This document shows, in pieces, positions 26,218-37,794 of a DNA stretch of 64,000 nt. Origin of the DNA: an uncultured Chloroflexia bacterium. GTDB lineage: Bacteria; Chloroflexota; Limnocylindria; Limnocylindrales; CSP1-4. Both the position numbers and the translations under genes were made by a program. The number at the start of each line of letters is the position of its first letter. Within the stretch, counting starts at the first letter, position 1. The stretch is taken from the NCBI GenBank assembly GCA_963750125.1, contig CAVVPT010000026.1, positions 22,059 through 86,058 of the forward strand, in the 5' to 3' direction. The notes beneath the pieces were generated by a model. The model did not search any database, had not been told where the DNA came from, and saw only the letters and a list, made by a program, of their open reading frames with translations.

Positions 26218-27015
26218 ATGTCCGACGCTACCGAGACCCTCAACCGTGTCACCTCCGCCGACGGAACGTCGATCGGCTACGACCGCCTCGGGAACGGCGA
26301 GCCGGTCGTCCTCGTGAGCGGCGGCTCGACCGACCGAATGGCGAATGCGGGCCTCGCGGCCGTGCTCGCCGGCACCTTCACGGTGTTCAACTACGACCGC
26401 CGCGGGCGCGGCCCGAGCGGCGACACCCAGCCGTACGCGGTCGAACGCGAGGTCGAGGACATCGCCGCGGTCATCGCCGCGGCCGGCGGCGCGGCGCACC
26501 TGTACGGGACGTCCTCCGGGGCGGCGCTCGCCCTCGAGGCCGCTGCTTCCGGTGTGACGGTCGACAAGCTGGCGCTCTGGGAGCCTCCGTACTTCGTCGA
26601 CCCGGCTGCCCGTCCCCCGCTCGACACCGCGGCCACCTACCGGCGCTTCGTCGCAGAGGGACGGCGCGACGCCGCGGTCGAGTACTTCATGGCGGAGGTC
26701 GTACACCTGCCCCCGGAGTTCGTCGCGTTCGCGAAGACCCAGCCGTGGTGGGCCGGCCAGGAGGCCATCGCCCACACCCTCGCGTACGACGCCGAGGTCA
26801 TGGGCGACTACCTCGTTCCGACCGCCCGCGCCGCGAAGGTTGCGGTCCCCACGCTGATCCTCACGGGCGGCGCCAGCTTCCCGTTCTTCCGGGAGACTGC
26901 CGAAGCGCTCGCGCAGGCCATCCCCGATGCGCGAACGGGTGTCCTGGAGGCACAGGAGCACAACGTGGATCCTGCAGTAATCGGTGCTGCATTGACCGAA
27001 TTCCTGGCCAGCTGA
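26218..27015 (+). CDS. Alpha/beta hydrolase
   Basis: YDRRGRGPSG and GTSSG nucleophile elbow; C-terminal His. Confidence 0.9.
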   Translation: MSDATETLNRVTSADGTSIGYDRLGNGEPVVLVSGGSTDRMANAGLAAVLAGTFTVFNYDRRGRGPSGDTQPYAVEREVEDIAAVIAAAGGAAHLYGTSSGAALALEAAASGVTVDKLALWEPPYFVDPAARPPLDTAATYRRFVAEGRRDAAVEYFMAEVVHLPPEFVAFAKTQPWWAGQEAIAHTLAYDAEVMGDYLVPTARAAKVAVPTLILTGGASFPFFRETAEALAQAIPDARTGVLEAQEHNVDPAVIGAALTEFLAS

Positions 27016-27024
27016 GGAGCCCAC

Positions 27025-27381
27025 GTGAAGTACGTCGTCCTGATCTACAGCAACCCACGGACCTGGGAGACGCTGCCCGCGGCCGAGCGCGAGCGCGTGC
27101 TCGGGATCCACGACCGGCTGCTCGGCGAGATGCGCCAATCGGGCGAGTTGCTCCGTGTCGACGGACTCACTGACCCCACGACGACGAAGACGATCCGCTC
27201 ACGCGACGGTCTTCCGGTGGTCACCGACGGTCCGTTCGGTGAGGCAAAGGAACAGCTCGCGGGCGTGTGGGCGATCGACGTGGAGAGCCTCCAGCGCGCG
27301 ATCGAGATCGCCTCGCCCATCACCGACTACGACGTCGTCGAGATCCGGGGCTTGATGGACCTGTCGGGCTACGAGATGTGA
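27025..27381 (+). CDS. YciI/DGPF family protein
   Basis: VTDGPFGEAKEQLAG. Confidence 0.92.
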   Translation: MKYVVLIYSNPRTWETLPAAERERVLGIHDRLLGEMRQSGELLRVDGLTDPTTTKTIRSRDGLPVVTDGPFGEAKEQLAGVWAIDVESLQRAIEIASPITDYDVVEIRGLMDLSGYEM

Positions 27382-28647
27382 CGGGCAATCGCGCCGTCGT
27401 ACGCGACGCCGACGTCGAGGGCCTGCTGCGCGAGCTGGCGCCGCAGGTCCTCGGGGCGCTGATCCGGCGCTTCGGCACGTTCGACACCGCCGAGGACGCG
27501 GTGCAGGAAGCGCTCCTCGCCGCTGCCGTCCAGTGGCCCGCGGACGGCATTCCCGACAACCCGCGCGGCTGGCTCCTGACGGTCGCGTCGCGCCGCCTCA
27601 CGGATCAGCTGCGCAGCGACGTGTCCCGCCACCGGCGGGAAACGGCCGCTACGGCCCTGCTCCCGCCCGAGGCACTCGTCGTCCCTGCTCCCGCCGGGGC
27701 CGACGAGGCGGGGTCCGAGACCGACGACACGCTCACCTTGCTGTTCCTGTGCTGCCACCCAGCCCTCTCCCCACCGTCGCAGACTGGCGCTTACGCTGCG
27801 CGCGGCCGGCGGTCTCACGACAGAACAGATCGCCCGCGCCTTCCTTGTCCCCGACGCGACCATGGGCCAGCGGATCAGCCGGGCCAAACAGACGATCCGC
27901 GCCGCAGGCGGGCGGTTCGAGCGCCCGCCGGAGCCAGAGTTGGCCGGACGGCTGCAGGTGGTCCTGCAGGTGCTGTACCTGATGTTCAACGAGGGCTACA
28001 CGGCGACCTCGGGATCAGACCTGCAGCGGCCGAACCTCACCGCAGAGGCGATCCGCCTCGCACGCGACGTCCACCGCCTGTTGCCTGTCGACCCCGAGGT
28101 CACCGGCCTGCTCGCGCTGATGCTGCTCACAGATGCGCGGCGTCCGGCTCGCACCCGAGCGGACGGCAGCCTCGTGCCGCTCGACCGCCAGGACCGTGGC
28201 CGCTGGAGCCGGGCGATGATCGATGAGGGAACGGCGCTGATCGCAGCGGCACTCGCCCGGGGACCGGCCGGGCCCTACCAGGTCCAGGCGGCGATCGCGG
28301 CTATCCATGACGAGGCAACCCGTGCCGCGGACACCGACTGGGGCCAGATCCTCGTCCTGTACGAGACGCTCGAGGTGATCGCCCCGAACCCGATGGTGAC
28401 GCTCAACCGGGCCGTCGCTGTCGCGATGGTTCACGGCCCGACGGCCGGGCTCGAGGTGCTTGCAACCCTCGAGGCTGACCCGCGGATGGCAGGCCACCAC
28501 CGGCTCCACGCCGTACGGGCGCATCTCCTCGAGCGGGCCGGCGACCCGGGCGCGGCGACCGCCGAATATCGGACGGCCGCGCGGCTCACCACGAGCCTGC
28601 CCGAACGCCGCTATCTCGAGACGCAGGCCGCCCGCCTCGCCGGCTGA
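27378..28647 (+). CDS. ECF42-type sigma factor with C-terminal TPR extension; frameshift near 27785
   Basis: AEDAVQEAL, LFLCCHPAL, LYLMFNEGY and GPYQVQAAIAA. Confidence 0.9.
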
Positions 28648-28679
28648 TCATCGAGCGACGGGTCGCCGGCGCGCATGGA

Positions 28680-29166
28680 TCAGAGGGTGACCCCGTAGCG
28701 CTCCTTCAGCTCATCGGTCCAGTCGTTCAGGATCGTCAATCCGAATTCCTCGGCGAGCGCGTCGTAGCGCTTCGTCCAGTCGGGACCGTGCTCCATGAGG
28801 ACCGGGGCGATCTGCTCGAAGTGATTCGAGGCCACCGGGCATGACGACTTCCAGGATTCGTGCCGGTGCAGCGGTGACGTTCCACATCGCATGGGGGATC
28901 GACCGTGGCTTGACCAGCCAGCTGCCGGCCGGGATCGTCTCGACAATCTCGTCGCCGAGGCGCGCGCTCACATTGCCCTCGAGGACGAGCGTGAATTCGT
29001 CCTCCCGGGTATGCATGTGCGGCTTGATCAGCGTCCGCGCGGGGACCGTGACCTCGAGCATCGAGAGCGTGCCGTCGCTCTCTGTCGCGCCGACGGCGTA
29101 GCGGAACAGAACGTCGTACAGCGGGATGCGCTTCGAGTCATCGGCAAGGGTGACCTTCGGGACCAT
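28680..29166 (-). CDS. Cupin domain protein; frameshift near 28825
   Basis: PHMHTREDEF...KPRSIPHAMWN. Confidence 0.82.
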
Positions 29167-29194
29167 GCTCACCTCCCTGACGTGCCTGGAGCCA

Positions 29195-30454
29195 TCATGC
29201 TGTCGCCGGCCTGCCCTCGACGACGATTGGGTCCGACGAAGCTCGCTCGCGGCGGGCGAGGAGCAGGAACGGTAGCGCGAGGGTCTCGATGCCGGCTGCG
29301 ATCACGTACGACGCCCCGTAGCCGTACACGTCCGCGGCTCGCCCGAGGGCGGGCTGGATCACGACGCCGCCGGCTGAACCCATGAGCGAGTCGAACGACA
29401 GCACCGTGGCCCGTTGTGCGGACGGGATCACGCCGTTGATGAACGCCTGTCGAAGGGGTCGCTCGATCGACGCCAGGATCGACGAGACCGTGAGCAGCGC
29501 AATCACGAATACGAAACTGGCGCTCACCCCGATCAACGCGAGGATGACGATGTCGGCGAGCAGTCCGAGCAGCAGGGCGGTCGTCCGGCGCCGGAACAGG
29601 CGCCGTGCCCACGGTACGAGCAGCCCGCCGACCATCGAGACGCCGGCGAAGAGCGCCGCCGCGAGGCCCGCGATGCTGTAGGCATTCGGGTCTCCGTACA
29701 GCTGCAGGAGATACGGCTGGATGGCGTAGAAGACGTAGAACCCCACGCCCGTCGTGAACGGCGCAGCGAGCATCAGCCAGCGCACGGGCGGGTTGCGTAG
29801 CCCGCCGTCGAGCGCCCCGTTCCACACCGTGCGCACGGCCTTGACCGGGTTCGCGCCGCGGTCCGGGGTGAACCCGATGTCGTGCATGAAGCGGAAGGCA
29901 ACCACGAGCGTGACGCCGAGGAACGCCGCCCGTAGCAGGTACGGCACGCCGAGGCTCGTGAGCTGGGCGACAACCCCGCCCGCGACCGAGCCGACGAGCA
30001 TTGCCGCCCCGCCGACCGCCTGCGCTCGCCCGAACACCGACTCGAGGTTTCCGGTGAAGCCAGTGGCCACCAGCGCATCGACCAACCACGCTTCGGTCGC
30101 GCCGGAGAAGAACGTGAAGCCCAGGCCCAGCAGGATCGAGGCCAGCGCCCAGCCGGCGAACGGTGCTTCCGTCTCCCACATGTACAGGTACAGGAGCGTC
30201 GACACCAGCAGTGTCGCCGCCCCGAGCAGGAACGAGAAGCGCCGGCCGCGTGTATCGGCGACCACACCGGTCGGAATCTCGAACAGGACCTGACCGGCCG
30301 AGAAGAACGCATTCGCGGCGAACGCTTCCGCGTTTGACAGGCCTGCATCGAGCAGGAACAGCGTGTTGACACCCCAGATGAACGACGCGGCGAACGTCGT
30401 CAGCAGCGTCAGCGTCAGGTAGACCCGCTGGACCGAGGCCGGCGTCGCAGTCAC
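29195..30454 (-). CDS. MFS transporter
   Basis: About 12 hydrophobic segments; EIPTGVVADTRGRR motif A. Confidence 0.92.
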   Translation of the reverse strand: MTATPASVQRVYLTLTLLTTFAASFIWGVNTLFLLDAGLSNAEAFAANAFFSAGQVLFEIPTGVVADTRGRRFSFLLGAATLLVSTLLYLYMWETEAPFAGWALASILLGLGFTFFSGATEAWLVDALVATGFTGNLESVFGRAQAVGGAAMLVGSVAGGVVAQLTSLGVPYLLRAAFLGVTLVVAFRFMHDIGFTPDRGANPVKAVRTVWNGALDGGLRNPPVRWLMLAAPFTTGVGFYVFYAIQPYLLQLYGDPNAYSIAGLAAALFAGVSMVGGLLVPWARRLFRRRTTALLLGLLADIVILALIGVSASFVFVIALLTVSSILASIERPLRQAFINGVIPSAQRATVLSFDSLMGSAGGVVIQPALGRAADVYGYGASYVIAAGIETLALPFLLLARRERASSDPIVVEGRPATA

Positions 30455-30553
30455 GAGCGGGCTGGCGGGTCGAGGTCAGTGGACTCGCAGTGGGGCACCC
30501 CGTTCACCGACCGCATGATATCGGGGGAGCCAGCGGGCCGGGTCGGGGCGCGC

Positions 30554-31690
30554 TCAGCTGCGGTCGGTGAGTCGCTCGCGGACCGTGATGACGATGTCGA
30601 TGAGGAGCAGGACGCCGACCGTCGCCGCGAGGCCGGCCGCAGGCTCTGTCCCGAAACCCATCCGCGGCACCGTCCGAGGGCCCGTATCCCCGGCCGACCC
30701 CGGGGCGGTGCCGACCGGCCTGCCGGTGACCAGGTCGCGTTCGACCTGGAGGCGGATCCGGTACAGGACCTCCCACTCGTCGGCGTCGATCTCGAGGGTC
30801 GCCAGCCTCTCGTCGATCCAGCGGAGCTCGGCCACGGCGTGCGTGGGGTCGTGGGCGATCTCCTCGAGGCGTCGCTCGATCTCCTGGGCTTCGGCCGATG
30901 TCGTCCGGTACACGGCCGTCGACGTGAGGCGGCTCGCGATCGCGGCCCTGGCGCGGGCGACCTGGGCCTTGCTACCGGTGATTGCGATGTCCGACTGGTG
31001 GATGAGGACCTCGATGCCGGGACCGGTGAGCTGCTTCACCCGTTCGGGCACGAGCGCCCGGAAGTGCTTGCCCGCGATCGATGCCAGCAGCCGACCGGGC
31101 AAGGCGAGGACGGCTGGTGCGTCCCGTCGTGTCACGGTGAGGTCCGCGTCGTCAAGCGCTCGCTCGAGGTCGGCGACCACCTGGTCGTAGCCGCCGGGCC
31201 GGACGACACCCGGGATGTGCGCATCGGACCAGCGCCTTGCGAGGGCCCGCCCCTTGCGCCCGATCCCGATGACGGCAAGGAAGACGAGCGTGAGCGCGAG
31301 GGCGGCAGTCAGGGGATAGCCGCGCAGCACGAGGCGAACGGCTTCCATGCCGGACGGCCGGTCGGCCGGATCCAGCATGAACAGGATCGCAATGCCGACC
31401 ACGATCGGCAGCACGATCGCTGCCGCCAGCATCCCGATGCGCACCCAGAGCGGGTCGACGAAGTCGGGCACCGGCACGAACGCGAGGAGCATCGTCCCGA
31501 CGTCGGGGACGATCACGCCGACCAGCAGGACCACCCACACGACCGAGCCGAACGTAATCGCGGCGAGGACCACCTGTCGGTCCTTGCGGACCTGCCCGAA
31601 CAGGAGCGTGCCCGCCCACCCGAGGGTGGTCGTCAGGATCCGGCCGGCGAACCGCCCGAGCATCCCGAAGACCGTTGCAAGGATCGCCAC
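30554..31690 (-). CDS. Hypothetical membrane protein
   Basis: 378-aa ORF with several N-terminal TM helices and high-GC codon bias. Confidence 0.75.
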   Translation of the reverse strand: MAILATVFGMLGRFAGRILTTTLGWAGTLLFGQVRKDRQVVLAAITFGSVVWVVLLVGVIVPDVGTMLLAFVPVPDFVDPLWVRIGMLAAAIVLPIVVGIAILFMLDPADRPSGMEAVRLVLRGYPLTAALALTLVFLAVIGIGRKGRALARRWSDAHIPGVVRPGGYDQVVADLERALDDADLTVTRRDAPAVLALPGRLLASIAGKHFRALVPERVKQLTGPGIEVLIHQSDIAITGSKAQVARARAAIASRLTSTAVYRTTSAEAQEIERRLEEIAHDPTHAVAELRWIDERLATLEIDADEWEVLYRIRLQVERDLVTGRPVGTAPGSAGDTGPRTVPRMGFGTEPAAGLAATVGVLLLIDIVITVRERLTDRS

Positions 31691-31958
31691 GCGCCGATCG
31701 TCGGCGAACGCTCGCAGCCGGCGTGTCTCACAGCGCGCGCACGGCCTATCGGCGGCGTTGCGGGAGGTCCGCCGTAAAGGTGGGCCGCGTGTTTACGCGA
31801 CTGGGCGGCTGCGGTAAAGGCCGGCACGTTCGAAATAAGCGTGGATCGCGCTGTGGACTGGGCGGCCTCCGGATGTGCCAGGCCCTCTTTCGCTCGTACT
31901 GTCGTCCTTGTCACCAAGAAGCATCACGAGCGACCAAGCGAGCAAAGGGGCGAAACCA

Positions 31959-32243
31959 ATGAACACGATGCACGAGCTGCTCAACCCGGACCTGATCGAC
32001 CTGAAGATCGCGGACCGCCGAGCGGAGGCAGTGGCCTGGCGGCGGCGTCACGAGGCCGACGCGGCCAGCCGGCCCGGAGCGCACCTGGAGCCTCTCCGGC
32101 GCGCTGCGACTGCCGGCCCTCCGCCACGACGGGCACGCGACGAAGGCCGTCTGATCCACCACAGCACTCCCAGCACCGAACCGGCCGGGCGTCCCTCCCG
32201 GCCGGTTCGTCGTGCGCGGCGATCGGCGAGGACCGCCGTATGA
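31959..32243 (+). CDS. Small hypothetical protein upstream of STAND-LuxR gene (3' end uncertain)
   Basis: MNTMHELLNPDLIDLKIADRRAEA...; AAAGGGG RBS. Confidence 0.5.
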   Translation: MNTMHELLNPDLIDLKIADRRAEAVAWRRRHEADAASRPGAHLEPLRRAATAGPPPRRARDEGRLIHHSTPSTEPAGRPSRPVRRARRSARTAV

Positions 32244-32251
32244 TCGAAGTC

Positions 32252-35200
32252 ATGGCCGGCCGGATCGTCAGCCCCGAACTGATCGGGCGCGAGCAGGAGC
32301 TCGACGTGATCGCGCGCGGCCTGCGCGACGCGGAGGCCGGCCGCGCCCGGACCGTCCTGCTGGGCGGCGAGGCGGGGATCGGCAAGTCGCGCGTCCTCGC
32401 CGCGGCTCTCGACCGGGCAAGCGCCGACGGGGCCGTTGTGCTGCTCGGCGGCTGTATCGGGCTCGCGGAGGGCTCGCTGCCGTTCGCGCCGATCGTCGAG
32501 GCCCTCCGCCCATACATCCGTGAGCTCGAGGGAATGGACGGCCGGGACGGGGAATCGCCCGACGGCGTACCGCGCCGGGCGCTGTCCACGGTAGGCGCCG
32601 CGCTCGGCATGTTGACCGACTATCCGGTCGCCACGTCAGCGGGCGCCGAGATGCGACCGGAGTGGGCCCGCAGCCGGATGTACGAGGCATTCCTCGACCT
32701 GTTGCGGAGGCTCGCCGCCGACGGGCCCGTCGTGCTCGCCATCGAGGACCTGCACTGGGCGGATGACTCGACCCGGGAGCTCCTCGCATTCTTGGTCCGC
32801 AACGCCCAGGCGGAGCGCCTGCTGCTTCTGGTCACGTTCCGCAGTGACGAGCTGACGCGCCGTCACCCGCTGCTGTTCTGGCTGGCCGAGACCGACCGGC
32901 AGTCCGGCGTCGAGCGGATCGAGCTGCGCCGGCTCGACCGCGGCGACGTCGCCCGCCAGCTCAATTCGATCCTGGGGCATTCGGCCGGCCCGGGCCTGAT
33001 CGCGTCGGTCTACGAGCGCTCCGAGGGCAACCCGTTCTTCGCCGAGGAGCTGATCGCCGCGGGCGTGGAAGGCCGAGGCCTGCCGCCAACGCTGCGCGAG
33101 GTGCTCCAGGCACGCCTCGCGCACGTGTCCGAGTCGACCCTGCGGCTGCTCGGCGTGGCGGCGGTGGTCGGGCGAAAGGTCGACCACGATCTGCTCGCCC
33201 GGCTCTCCGACATGAACGAGCGTGAGCTGTACGACGCGCTCGAGGAGGCAGTCGCGGCCCAGCTCCTCGTCGTCGACGAGAGCGTGGTGAACGAGCGCTA
33301 CGAGTTCCGCCACGCGCTGACCGCCGAGGCCGCGGCCGAGGCCGTCCTGCCCAACCAGCGCCGGCGGCTCCACGTGACGATTGCCGAGCATCTCGAGAAG
33401 GCGCCGGCTCCGGGGCGGCACGGCGGGGCGGAAGCGGCGGGCCACCTTGCTGAGATTGCGCACCACTGGTTCGAGGCCCGCGAACTGCCGCGCGCCCTCG
33501 AATTCCTCGATCAAGGCGGGCGAGGCCGCCGCCAGCTCGGGAGCATTCGTCGAGGCGTTCCGCCAGTACGAGCGTGCGCTCGAGCTGTGGGACGTCGTGC
33601 CGTCGCCCGATGAGATCGCCGGCATCGACCGGATCGAGCTCCTCCGGCGTACCGCGCAGGCTGGCCAGCTGTCCGGCGAGTTCATGCAGGCGGTGGCCCT
33701 CCTGCGTGAGGCGATCGCACTCCTCGAGGCGAACGGTGAACCAATCCGCTCGGGCGTCTTCCACGAGCGGCTTGGTCGGGCGCTGTGGACGTCGGGCAAG
33801 CTCGACGACGCCCTTGATGCGTATGGCCGCGCGGTGGCACTCGTTCCGGAGTCGCCGCCCACGGCGGACCGCGCGCGCGTCCTCGCGGGCTACGCGCAGG
33901 TACTCATGCTCGGCGGCCGCTACGGCGAGTCGATGCCGATCGCGCGCGAGGCGAACGAGATCGCCAAGGCAACAGGCGAGCGCCAGCTCGAGGGCCATTC
34001 TGCGGCGACGCTCGGGATCGACATGGTCTACGTGTCGCCCGACGCCGAGGAGATCGGCCTCCAGACCATCCGTGAGGCCATGGCCATCGCGGAGGAGGTC
34101 CGCGACGTCGACGACATCGGCCGCGCCTACGCCTGCCTGTCGTCGGCGCTGGATATCGTCGGCCGCAGCGAAGAGGGGATGCTGGTGGCGCTCGAGGGCG
34201 CCGAACGCATGAAGCAGGTCGGCATGAGCGTGACGTACGGCGCCTTCATCCAGATGAACGCGGTCGACGGGATGATCACCCTGGGACGTTGGGACGAGGC
34301 ACTCGAGATCGCGCAGGCGGCCGAACCCATCAGCCGCGGCAACGGGCGGATCTTCACCAACATCCAGCTCGCTCGGATCCATACGGCGCGGGGCAACGTC
34401 GACGACGCGCGTCGTGCCCTGGACCACGCCACACACAAGCTGGCCCGCCCGACCGAGGCGCAGTTCAGCGGCCCGCTTGCGGTGACGCGCATGGAACTCG
34501 CCCTGTGGCTGGGCGACATTGCCGCCGCGCGGACGGTGGCCGACGAGGTCGGCCCGATCCTCGAGCAGACGGAGGACCAGGGAACGCTCGGGTTCTTCCT
34601 CGCCCGGGCCATCCGTGTGGAAGCCGACGCGGCCGAACGAGCGAGGGCCGCCCGCGACGAGGCGCGCCGTTGCCGAGGCCATTCGGCGTGGCGAGGCGTT
34701 CCTCGCCCGGCTCACGGCGAATCGAGCCCGAAACAGCATCGACCGGACATCGCGCGCTGATCCGCCTCGCGACGCTGTTCGGTTTGGCGGAAGGGACGAG
34801 GGTTGCCGGTCGCTCCGACCCGTCGGCGTGGGCCGAGGCCGTCGGCGCGTCGGACGCGCGGCCGATGGTCTACGAGTCGGCGTACGCGCGTTTCCGCCAT
34901 GGCGAGGCGCTCCTCGCCGAACGAGCGCCGCGCGAGGCGGCGGCCGCCGTCCTCGAGCGGGGCCGTGCCACCGCAGCGCAGCTCGGCGCGCTTCCGCTCA
35001 TCGAGGCCATCGACGGGCTGGCTGCAAGAGCCCGGCTCCCGCTCGGGGAAACCGTGGAGCCGGAGCCGGCCATCGATCGCGTCCCGGATCCCGTGGCTGC
35101 CTACGAGCTCACCGCCCGGGAGCGTGAAGTGCTCCGGCTGGTGGTCGCGGGCCGGACGAACCGGCAGATCGGCGAAGAGCTGTTCATCAGCGAGTCCACC

Positions 35201-35296
35201 GCCGGCGTCCACGTCTCGCGGATCCTCGCCAAGTTCGGTGTCGCCGGGCGGGTCGAGGCGGCGACGATCGCGGCCAGGCTGGGCCTCACCGACTGA
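32252..35296 (+). CDS. AAA ATPase-TPR-LuxR (LAL/STAND) transcriptional regulator; frameshifts near 33505 and 34660-34750
   Basis: GEAGIGKS Walker A, IEDLHWAD, SEGNPFF and C-terminal LTAREREVL..GRTNRQI..VHVSRILAK. Confidence 0.9.
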
Positions 35297-35298
35297 CC

Positions 35299-36042
35299 GT
35301 GGAGCTGCGCGTCATCGGTGGCTGCGGTGGGTGGCCCGCGGCGGGCGAGGCCTGCAGCGGCTACCTGCTCGAGCACGACGGGTTCCGGCTGCTGATCGAT
35401 CCGGGCTATGCGGTGCTGCCCCGTTTGCTTGGCGTACTGCCCGCCGAGGCGGTCGACGCCGTGCTCGTCAGCCACCGCCATCCCGATCACTGCGCCGACG
35501 TCAACCCGCTGTTAAGGGCGCGTGCCCTGCGCGACGATCCAGCCCCGGCCCTCCCGCTGTTTGCGCTGCCCGGCGCACTCGACGCTGTTCTCGCGCTGGA
35601 CCGGCCCGGGATGCTGGCCGACGCATGCGCTTTGCACGAGTTCCAAGCAGGTGACGCCTTCGCGATCGGGCCGCTCGCGATCCAGTCGGCCGCCCTGCCG
35701 CATTCGGCGCCGAACGCGGGCGTTCGAATCACGGCCGGTGGGTCGGTCCTGACCTACACCGGCGATGCCGGTCCCGACGCTGCGCTGGTCGACCTGGCAC
35801 GGGACGCGGATGTGCTGCTCGCCGAGGCGAGCTATGTCGACGACGTCCCCGACGACAGCCGCGCCACCCTGTCGAGCGCCCGCGATGCCGGCCGGCAGGC
35901 CGCTGCGGCCGGGGCTGGCAAGCTCGTGCTGACCCACCTGCTGCCCGGCACTGATCGGCGCCGCGCCGCGCAAACCGCCCGCGCGAGCTTCGGCGGGCCG
36001 ATCCGGGTCGCGCGCGCCGGGCTGACCGTCGCCGTCGGCTAA
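35299..36042 (+). CDS. MBL-fold metallo-hydrolase (RNase Z-like)
   Basis: SHRHPDHCAD, YTGD and LVLTH. Confidence 0.9.
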   Translation: MELRVIGGCGGWPAAGEACSGYLLEHDGFRLLIDPGYAVLPRLLGVLPAEAVDAVLVSHRHPDHCADVNPLLRARALRDDPAPALPLFALPGALDAVLALDRPGMLADACALHEFQAGDAFAIGPLAIQSAALPHSAPNAGVRITAGGSVLTYTGDAGPDAALVDLARDADVLLAEASYVDDVPDDSRATLSSARDAGRQAAAAGAGKLVLTHLLPGTDRRRAAQTARASFGGPIRVARAGLTVAVG

Positions 36043-36295
36043 CGCCGGCGAGGCGAAACCTGTTGCCGTGGGACGGGCGCTGATACGAACGACCCCGCGA
36101 GGGCGCGTCGTTGGCCCGTGCCGCGGGCGGCTTCGAGCGCAGGGGCCAAATGCCGCCCGCCGGACGGGACAACTGACGGCCCGAGACGTGTCGCGTCGCC
36201 GCTGCGCCCGCACGGCCGGAACTCGCGACATCCGGCCCTTGGCGTCGCGGCCGCGGAGCGCCAGACTGGGTGTGCCAACAAAGAGGAGGATCACC

Positions 36296-36778
36296 ATGGC
36301 GATCTTTGGCCGACTCGTGCGGCTCACGCTGCTTGCCTTTGTCGGCGTGACGGCGGTGAGCGCCGTGCTGGCCCTGCAGCGCAAGCGCGAAGCGCCGCCG
36401 TTGCCGGACGCGGCCGCCGACGAGATCGAGCTCGTGGCGGTCTTTGACGAGCTCGACTTCCGGAGCGAGGCCGAAGCCTTCCGCGGCGGCCGCATCGAGT
36501 GCTGGTTCGCCGGTGGCACGGTCGACCTGCGCGGCGCGACGCTCCATCCCGACGGTGCCGTCCTCCACACGCAGGCCATCTTCGGGGGCGGCAGCGTGAT
36601 CGTTCCACCGGACTGGGTCGTCACCACGAACGTCGTCGGGATCGGCGGGGCGGGGGACGCTCGCGGCGTGGACGTTCCGGAGACGGGGCCCCGCCTCACG
36701 ATCGAGGGGATGGCCGTGTTCGGCGGGTGGGGGATCCTGACGAGCGATCCGCGCGTGGAAGCACCGGCGACGATCTGA
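36296..36778 (+). CDS. Membrane-anchored LiaF/DUF2154-like protein
   Basis: One TM helix, then GGTVDLRGA..AIFGG..IVPPDWVV..AVFGG. GAGGAGG RBS. Confidence 0.7.
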   Translation: MAIFGRLVRLTLLAFVGVTAVSAVLALQRKREAPPLPDAAADEIELVAVFDELDFRSEAEAFRGGRIECWFAGGTVDLRGATLHPDGAVLHTQAIFGGGSVIVPPDWVVTTNVVGIGGAGDARGVDVPETGPRLTIEGMAVFGGWGILTSDPRVEAPATI

Positions 36779-36782
36779 CGAG

Positions 36783-36812
36783 AAAACCGCCGGACCTGTT
36801 CGGCCCGGCGGT
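36783..36812 (-). terminator. Intrinsic terminator
   Basis: ACCGCCGG...CCGGCGGT stem with an A-run on the + strand (U-tract on minus). Confidence 0.65.
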
Positions 36813-36837
36813 CTGGACATTTCGCGAGACGCTCCGG

Positions 36838-37329
36838 TCAGATCGCGGCGATCTCCTCAGCGAGGCGATCCCACGACTCGATCGCGCCGCCGGTCATGCC
36901 GGTCGACAGCGCGCCTTCGAGCGCCTCGACAGACGGGAACCGCGACCGGCTGGTCAGCTTCGTCCCGCCTTGGACGGTCTCGAGTGTGACCGTGACGACC
37001 GCGGGCTCGCCCTGGTTGAACGGCTCGACATCGAACATCTCGGTGTGGACGATCCGCTCGAACGGGACGATCTCGAGGTATTCCCCGCTGAACGGCGCCT
37101 CGCCGTCTCGTCCTCGGGCGATCCAGCGCCACGTCCCGCCGACGCGGAAGTCCATGTGCTCGACGGTCATCGGGACGTCGCGCGGTCCCCACCAGCGGGG
37201 AATCCGCTCGGCCTCCGTGATGGCCTTCCAGACGAGCTCGCGCGGGGCGTCGAAGACGCGCTCCATCACGAAATCCGGGCCGTCGGCGAAGACGGCCGTA
37301 GTGTCGTTACCCAACTGCGTGACCGGCAT
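36838..37329 (-). CDS. SRPBCC/AHSA1 domain protein
   Basis: ERVFDAPRELVW..WWGP..DFRVGG.W..ESWDRL. Confidence 0.92.
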   Translation of the reverse strand: MPVTQLGNDTTAVFADGPDFVMERVFDAPRELVWKAITEAERIPRWWGPRDVPMTVEHMDFRVGGTWRWIARGRDGEAPFSGEYLEIVPFERIVHTEMFDVEPFNQGEPAVVTVTLETVQGGTKLTSRSRFPSVEALEGALSTGMTGGAIESWDRLAEEIAAI

Positions 37330-37675
37330 CGTTCTGCTCCTTTCCGGTGTCCTGTAGCTCTCGCAAATACTCGTCGAGGCGGTCGTAGCGCTCGCCGAGG
37401 AACTCCTGGTACCGATCCAGCCAGCTCTGCACGTCCCGCAGCGGCCCGGGCTTCAGCCGGCATGGGCGCCATTGCGCCTGGCGACCCTGTTCGATGAGCC
37501 CGGACCGCTGGAGCACCTTGAGGTGCTTCGAGATCGCCGGAAGGCTCAGTTCGAACGGGGCCGCCAACTCGCCGACGGTCGCTTCACCCTCCGCAAGCCG
37601 GGCGATGATGGCCCGTCGTGTCGGATCGGCGAGTGCCGCGAAGATCGCGCTGAGCTGGTCGGTCTGGTCGGCCAT
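37307..37675 (-). CDS. ArsR/SmtB family regulator
   Basis: FAALADPTRRAI..ISKHLKVL..GLI. Confidence 0.93.
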   Translation of the reverse strand: MADQTDQLSAIFAALADPTRRAIIARLAEGEATVGELAAPFELSLPAISKHLKVLQRSGLIEQGRQAQWRPCRLKPGPLRDVQSWLDRYQEFLGERYDRLDEYLRELQDTGKEQNDAGHAVG

Positions 37676-37677
37676 TT

Positions 37678-37732
37678 TTCCCTACGGTTAATTAACCTAT
37701 TGGGATAATACCGTCCTTGCCCCGCTTGTCAA
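37678..37732 (-). promoter_or_regulatory. Promoter and palindromic operator of the ArsR-SRPBCC operon
   Basis: TTGACA-N16-TATTAT on the minus strand. Perfect palindrome GGTTAATTAACC at 37686-37697. Confidence 0.75.
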
Positions 37733-37738
37733 GCACAG

Positions 37739-37772
37739 AAAAATCGGCCCGTCGATCTGGTCGACGGGCCGA
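37739..37772 (-). terminator. Intrinsic terminator
   Basis: TCGGCCCGTCGA-TCTGG-TCGACGGGCCGA with an A-run. Confidence 0.75.
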
Positions 37773-37794
37773 CATGGTGGGTGCGGGATCGGCG